DNA from: Candidatus Latescibacterota bacterium
Lineage (GTDB): Bacteria > Latescibacterota > UBA2968 > GCA-2709665
DNA: 64,000 nucleotides
Direction of reading: 5' to 3'
Assembly (NCBI GenBank): GCA_965219455.1
Contig: OZ244744.1
Coordinates: 2,240,001 to 2,304,000, forward strand
In this document: piece after piece, positions 58,577 to 64,000 of the stretch
Layout: each line of letters begins with the position of its first letter
How positions within the stretch are numbered: position 1 is the first letter of the stretch
Translations under genes and position numbers: made by a program
The notes under the pieces: model-generated
Told to the model about the DNA's origin: nothing
Database searches by the model: none
What the model saw: only the letters and a program-made list of their open reading frames with translations

Positions 58577-60655
58577 TTAGACGGATCCGAGGCATTTCGT
58601 TATTTTTTCCAAAATCGCATCGGTATCCGTCATCAACTCGATCTGGGACAGTCGCTCCAGAATTCGCCCTTGCGGATCCACCAGAAAATAGGCCGGTATA
58701 CCACGTACGTTGTAGGCCCGGGGTGTGCCGCTGTTGGAGTCGCCTGTTCGCACGTGCACCCCTTCGATCCCGTGTTTTTCGATGGCCTTCCGCCATGCGG
58801 CGTCGCTGGAATCCAGTGAAAGATTCACGAAAACCACCGGTAGTTCGGCCATTTTTTTCTTTATTTTTCTGAGATAGGGCAAGTTACCGATGCATGGCCC
58901 GCACCAGCTCGCCCAGAAATCCAGCAGCACCACCTTGCCCCTGAACTGGCTCAGCGACACGGGTTGACCGTCCAGGTCCGTCAACGTGAAATCCGGCGCC
59001 GGACGCCCCGGTTGCAGCGCCATCGCCTTGTCCAGGGCCGCCAGGACAGCCGCGTTGTATTCCGCATATGGGTTGATCGCCTTGAAATCCTGCCATTTGC
59101 GAGTCGCCAACGCAAACGCATCGCCGTCGGCCCTGAAGCCATCGATCAGCTCGTCTGCGAGAAACCAGTACAGGACCCTACCGGACAATTTCCTCTTGGC
59201 CAGATCGTACCTTTTCGCAAAGAGATAACCACGGGCGCCGCTACTATTGGCATAAATCGAGTCCAGGCGTGTCCGTGAGGCATCGGTTACATTCAAATTC
59301 GACAGATCGACCTTCTCTGATAACCTGAGCGGCTGGCGATGTACATATAGGGAGTCCAATTGAGCTTGGACCGGTGGCGAAAGACCCAGGCTCGACAGGT
59401 CAACCTTTTCGGACAATCCTGGCGTCCTTTTGAAGGAGTCTATCTGTTCACTAGCCGTCCCCTCTTTCATTGGCAGGTACAATTCGACCGCCCCACTCGT
59501 CGTATCCAGCTCAGGTTCGCTGATTTTGTTAGACGTAGTGATGCGTAAGCCACGACCAGCCTTCGCATAGAATGAGTCAATCCTTCCGTGGTCCGCCGGC
59601 GCCACGCCCATCTTCCCCAGATCGTACCTTTTGGAAAGCCTGAGCCTTGCCCGGTTTTTGTACATCGAGTCCAGCCGTGCCTGATTCGCTGGCGAGAGAA
59701 CAGCCTGAGAGAAATCAACCATTTGTGACAGAAGGGGCTTTCGCCCCGTCTGTTCGTACAGAGAGTCGAGCCGGGCCAGGGTTTTCTCTGACAGACCCAA
59801 CCCCGATAGATCGTACACATCGGACAACCTGAGCGGTTTGGGGTCCTTACTTAATTCCCATCCGAGTGTCCGCACCAGGAACGTGCGGTAGTTCCCTACG
59901 CCAATGGCGTCTTCATTTGCGAGAGGGATTTCCCCTAGAAAGTCATAGTACTCTGGAGGGATTTCCTTGTTTTCGTATCCGTTAACGAGTGAGAACTGTG
60001 TCGGGTAGGAAATCATAAGACGTCCCCACCCGTATTTGAAGTAAATCTTCGCATAGTCGATGAACGCAGGCGACAACGCGTATTTCTCGCGTGCTTCAGC
60101 CAGAAGTTCGGACTGGTCCCGACGCCACTCTGCTATTTTTCTGGAAAAGTCCTCCACCTTGAGATCCTTGTAGTCCAGATCCCGTTGGAACCTGCGAAAT
60201 CGTGGGATCCACCCGGACATGAAGCGGCTGTTGTCAGCATTCTGGCCGCTGAACCGCAGGGAGGAGGAGAAATAGCCTGGTTCGATGACAACGTGCAGGC
60301 TGTCTCCGGGTTCAATGAAAAGGGTTATGGGACCGGGAGGTCCAAGGGCGTAGAATACGATCCACCCCAACCATTTCCAAGTCGGTCTTCTGGTTGGATA
60401 ACGGCAGACAACATAGTTCGCACTTGAAAGAGGTATGGTGATTGCAAAGCAATTTTGGCTATCGAGGACCACGCGCTGCTCGGAGCTTCTTCCCAGAGCG
60501 AGAGGAGACTGGAAGTTGAACGTGATTTCCCGCGAGGTCGGATCCCTTACTTCGCCGGTGATAGTCGCGACTGACGGCTCGCCGCTTTCCGCGGCAAAGC
60601 CGGCAGCTGACACGGTGAGTATGGCAGCCAGAATGAGAAAACACGTGCTCTTCAT
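58577..60655 (-). CDS. Secreted TlpA-family thiol:disulfide redoxin with internal repeats (paralog 2)
   Basis: Colinear with 55922..53850 (ESGEPSVA.ITGEVR.PTSREITF; WASWCGPC). Confidence 0.85.
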   Translation of the reverse strand: MKSTCFLILAAILTVSAAGFAAESGEPSVATITGEVRDPTSREITFNFQSPLALGRSSEQRVVLDSQNCFAITIPLSSANYVVCRYPTRRPTWKWLGWIVFYALGPPGPITLFIEPGDSLHVVIEPGYFSSSLRFSGQNADNSRFMSGWIPRFRRFQRDLDYKDLKVEDFSRKIAEWRRDQSELLAEAREKYALSPAFIDYAKIYFKYGWGRLMISYPTQFSLVNGYENKEIPPEYYDFLGEIPLANEDAIGVGNYRTFLVRTLGWELSKDPKPLRLSDVYDLSGLGLSEKTLARLDSLYEQTGRKPLLSQMVDFSQAVLSPANQARLDSMYKNRARLRLSKRYDLGKMGVAPADHGRIDSFYAKAGRGLRITTSNKISEPELDTTSGAVELYLPMKEGTASEQIDSFKRTPGLSEKVDLSSLGLSPPVQAQLDSLYVHRQPLRLSEKVDLSNLNVTDASRTRLDSIYANSSGARGYLFAKRYDLAKRKLSGRVLYWFLADELIDGFRADGDAFALATRKWQDFKAINPYAEYNAAVLAALDKAMALQPGRPAPDFTLTDLDGQPVSLSQFRGKVVLLDFWASWCGPCIGNLPYLRKIKKKMAELPVVFVNLSLDSSDAAWRKAIEKHGIEGVHVRTGDSNSGTPRAYNVRGIPAYFLVDPQGRILERLSQIELMTDTDAILEKITKCLGSV

Positions 60656-60959
60656 AAAACGATCCCTCTGTTCGGGTTCCGTTTCACAGCGAACTCGAAA
60701 ACATCATATCCCGTGAGGCGCACGTTGCCGCGTGCGGATGTCACACGTCTCACGCGCGCTCAACAGATACCACGCCCTGGCGCCGCTCTTGTTCTCAACT
60801 CACGGGGCCAGTGACAATTGCAGCGTGTTGGACGGACACTATTCCGTCCTCCGCGACGCCCAAAGATAGCTATATTGCTGTTCAGAAGCGAACAGAAATG
60901 TCCGCCCGACGGTACATCGGGCCGAAGGTCCCGGCGACAGTCATTGAAATGACCGGGAA

Positions 60960-63035
60960 TCATTCGGTCTTCCTGGGGTTCTCGAAGATAGCCAGCTCGT
61001 TGTTCAGAAGGGCGTAGATATGATCGCCCTCCAATATAAACTTGTCTCGGCCACGTGGAGTGTCTTGCGAAGTGTAGTCGAACATGCGCGCGTTTAGCCG
61101 ATACCTGAACCGATCAGACAGCGACAGCCCGAGCGTCTCCTTCCGCGCATAGGCGCCGTAAATGGTCCTGGCGTACGTCTGGACCGCGTTTCCTCGCAGG
61201 GCGTATGCGGAATCCCCATCGATCATCATCAACCGCGGCAGACGGGTCCACGGGAGATAATCGACCTCAAGTGGCTTTCGTGGATCGCTGATGTCCAAGA
61301 TAGCGACTTCGCGGGGGAGGTGTCTCTCAACATAAGCCCGGCCTTCGGTCAAGGTAAGCGGTCCCAGACTGGGAGGTGCGACGAGCGCGAGCACTTGAAT
61401 TCCGCGGGATTGCATCATGCGTTCGAGCACCCGCGCAAACCTGGGACCCGCTTTTGCCTGTATCCTCTCGAGACGCTCGGGTAGCTCTCCTGATGCCATC
61501 TGTTGTTGGAATTCCTCAATCATGGTCTCGTATCGGACGGAACGACCGAATCGATGAAGCGTTGTCCGGCTCAATATTTCGGGGCGCCCGGAATCTGCAA
61601 GATCCAGAATCAGAAAATCGTGTCCAAGCGTCATAAACGCACGTGAACCTGAAAATCGCATTGCCCATTCGTTGTTCCAGGCATGTTTCTCCGCCTCTTC
61701 GACCCGCATTACATGAACTTGCTTCGGCCGGCCACCTTCTCGTATATCGAAACTATGCATCTCCAGGAACTCTTCCCGGATAATACCCGCGTACAGATGA
61801 TTCTCCCATATCGCCCACCCTACGAGCCGGGGAATGCGCCGCAGCCACGGGGTTGCACCTTTCTCAACCGGATACAACAGGCGCTTCGCCTCCAACCGAG
61901 GACGGTCTGGCCGGCTGAGGTCAAATGTTACAACGCCCACGCTGTCGCGGAATTCGCCCCAGACGTAGGCGCGGGACCCGGATAACGCCAATCGTTCGAG
62001 ACGCCAACCTTTCCCTCTGGCCTGGCCGAGTTCGATTGGCGCCGACGCATCCGACACGTCCACCACGCTCAGGTCCCGCTCGAGCAGCACTACCGCAAGT
62101 CCATCCTTCAATGCCAGGTCCATCATCTTTGTCTTGTAAGACACGCGCCCTACAGGCGCGAAATGGGGATGACGGTGCGGAGATCCGAAGTGATCCACTC
62201 CGATGGCGACAACTGCGCAGATCAGCGCGATCCCTCCAAACACCCACTGGAAACGCCGACTTAAGTGTTCTTTGAATACACGACAGGCCAACACCAGAAT
62301 GCCCCCTGTCACCAGTACGGCTACCGCCCCCCTGGTCAACAAAAGAGGTACGTCGAACGCCTTTCGAAGGATTCCGGCGTGGTCGTGCACGCCAATGGAG
62401 AAAAGGAGCCTGAAATAGAATGCGACGATTGGCGGCCCCCAGTTCCACGCGATCATTATAACTACGTATGCTATCCATCCGGCGAACAGACACGTCACCA
62501 CCGTCTTGAGCGGATGGTTGGTAAGCGTCGAGACCAGCACGGACATACCATAGGGAATCAAGCTGACCAGAAACCATAAGAATACGGTTCGTCCATATCC
62601 AACGTCAGCCAGAATCTCATCAGGCTGCCAATTTGGCCACAAGATCAGAGACCGAGGAGGGAAGAAACCCAATTCATCAACGAAATTTCCATCTATTGCC
62701 ATATCAATAAATACGCCCGCCCAGAAAGAGGCCAGTACCACCAGGAGTCCGACAGCGCCAACGATGAACTTTGTCACCAGAATCTTCCAGGAAGCAATGG
62801 GCCTGCACAAGAGAAAGGGCAGGGTCATCCGGCTGCGCTCCCGAGCGATCGCATCCATCCCCATCAGCACCGCGCCAAAGAGACCTACCGAGTGACTGAC
62901 GACATTGACATCTGCAGGGGCGAATTCCCATTGGGAGAAAACCAGCCCGACAATCATCGCCAACCCCGCGCATGCGACGACTTTGTAGGCGGCCTCCCGT
63001 CCTTCCTTCCAGAGCAGAGCCAGAGTCGGGTTCAT
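60960..63035 (-). CDS. ABC-2-type permease with a large C-terminal LVIVD-like beta-repeat domain
   Basis: LLWKE.RE, A.ER...TL.FL...P......L..KF, ~6 TM, then LSVVDVSD, FLILDLAD, VAILDISDP..P units. Confidence 0.75.
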   Translation of the reverse strand: MNPTLALLWKEGREAAYKVVACAGLAMIVGLVFSQWEFAPADVNVVSHSVGLFGAVLMGMDAIARERSRMTLPFLLCRPIASWKILVTKFIVGAVGLLVVLASFWAGVFIDMAIDGNFVDELGFFPPRSLILWPNWQPDEILADVGYGRTVFLWFLVSLIPYGMSVLVSTLTNHPLKTVVTCLFAGWIAYVVIMIAWNWGPPIVAFYFRLLFSIGVHDHAGILRKAFDVPLLLTRGAVAVLVTGGILVLACRVFKEHLSRRFQWVFGGIALICAVVAIGVDHFGSPHRHPHFAPVGRVSYKTKMMDLALKDGLAVVLLERDLSVVDVSDASAPIELGQARGKGWRLERLALSGSRAYVWGEFRDSVGVVTFDLSRPDRPRLEAKRLLYPVEKGATPWLRRIPRLVGWAIWENHLYAGIIREEFLEMHSFDIREGGRPKQVHVMRVEEAEKHAWNNEWAMRFSGSRAFMTLGHDFLILDLADSGRPEILSRTTLHRFGRSVRYETMIEEFQQQMASGELPERLERIQAKAGPRFARVLERMMQSRGIQVLALVAPPSLGPLTLTEGRAYVERHLPREVAILDISDPRKPLEVDYLPWTRLPRLMMIDGDSAYALRGNAVQTYARTIYGAYARKETLGLSLSDRFRYRLNARMFDYTSQDTPRGRDKFILEGDHIYALLNNELAIFENPRKTE

Positions 63036-63931
63036 GGATGTCCTCCTGAGTCCGGTCGTACGTGGGCGACGAATGCTTCTTCCAGGCCTACGTCCAGCAC
63101 ATCCAGGATACGCCCGCCCTGCGCCCGGATGCGCGCGGCCTGTGCCTCGCCGTACCCCACCACCGTCAACATCCGCCGCGGACCCTCTCCCTGCACCTGG
63201 CGCAGGCCCTCGATATCCGGCAGTTCATCCGCACCATCCGGCATGCGCACCACCATGCGCTTGACCGACCCCTTCACCTCGTCCACCGTGCCGTCGGCCA
63301 CCAGGCGGCCGTTGTCGATAATGGCCACGCGGTCGGCCACGCGCTCCACTTCGTGTACCAGGTGCGAGGACAGGAAGACCGTGCGGCCCTCCTCCTGGAT
63401 GAGCCCTATAATGCTCTCGAGAAAGTCTCTCCGCACCACCACGTCCAGCCCCGAAGCCGGCTCGTCCAGGATCAGCAGCCGCGGCTCGTGGCCCAGCGCG
63501 AGGGCGAGGGCCAGTTGGGCGTTCATCCCTCGGGACAGGTGCTTCACCTTCTGTTCCGGATCCAGGCCGAACCCCTCGATGAGTTCGTCCACCTTTTCCT
63601 GGTTCCACGTGTCGTAGAACTGACCAGTGAACCAGATGAGTTCACGCACCCTCATCCACCCGTACATCACGCGATTCTCCGCCACGTATCCCACCTGCCG
63701 CCGAAGCGCCAGGGAATCCGTCACAGGATCCAGCCCAAGGACCTCGGCCGTCCCTTCCGTGGGCTGCAAAAGGTTCATGAGTATCTGAATCGTCGTGGTC
63801 TTGCCCGCGCCGTTGCGGCCGAGAAAACCGCACACCGTACCCGCGGGGACCTCCAGCCGTAGATCGTCCACGGCCGTGAGTCTGCCGAATCGATGGGTCA
63901 ACCCTTCAATTGCGATCGCTGTTCCGTTCAT
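63032..63931 (-). CDS. ABC transporter ATP-binding protein
   Basis: GRNGAGKTT, LSRGM, LILDEP..GLD, SSH. Confidence 0.95.
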   Translation of the reverse strand: MNGTAIAIEGLTHRFGRLTAVDDLRLEVPAGTVCGFLGRNGAGKTTTIQILMNLLQPTEGTAEVLGLDPVTDSLALRRQVGYVAENRVMYGWMRVRELIWFTGQFYDTWNQEKVDELIEGFGLDPEQKVKHLSRGMNAQLALALALGHEPRLLILDEPASGLDVVVRRDFLESIIGLIQEEGRTVFLSSHLVHEVERVADRVAIIDNGRLVADGTVDEVKGSVKRMVVRMPDGADELPDIEGLRQVQGEGPRRMLTVVGYGEAQAARIRAQGGRILDVLDVGLEEAFVAHVRPDSGGHP

Positions 63932-63950
63932 ATCCACTCCTTGCTCCCGG

Positions 63951-64000
63951 TCAATCTTTGTTCCGAAACCGGTCGAGGCGTTCCCGGATGACCTTCTCCA
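63951..64000 (-). CDS. 3' end of an upstream gene, possibly a YtrA/GntR-type regulator (partial)
   Basis: Open frame ...EKVIRERLDRFRNKD* ends just before the ABC ATPase RBS; identity inferred from context only. Confidence 0.3.
   Translation of the reverse strand, partial: EKVIRERLDRFRNKD

Overview
GC-rich bacterial chromosomal window. The gene content suggests a heterotroph of the Gemmatimonadota/Latescibacterota type, which is inference only. Housekeeping genes (aroB 3' end, mnmA, comM, fabV, exbB/exbD/exbD/tonB with two TPR genes, guaB, tRNA-Thr, cysS, ddl, ispDF, queA, dnaQ-dinG fusion, a RelA/SpoT-like gene, smc) alternate with runs of catabolic enzyme genes. The best find is an AbgB/Acy1-like M20 amidohydrolase (47235..45913, minus strand) that the ORF track splits in two. 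It has an in-frame TGA exactly where the metal-ligand Cys of the G-H-G-C-G-H-N motif should be, followed by a hairpin with bacterial SECIS-like geometry, so it is a candidate selenocysteine-containing metallohydrolase. Two MITE families share an internal CAAGGCG...CAACRCAG core; one copy is nested in the other family and one is split into permuted halves around fabV. Two TlpA-like redoxin paralogs each carry five copies of a ~24-aa repeat I do not recognise, and a lower-GC S41 peptidase gene is inserted into the leader of one of them. IMPDH has substitutions at two phosphate-binding serines, the RelA/SpoT gene has a degenerate synthetase, and two genes are truncated (MmgE/PrpD-like, yigZ). No CRISPR array, rRNA, transposase or integrase was seen.
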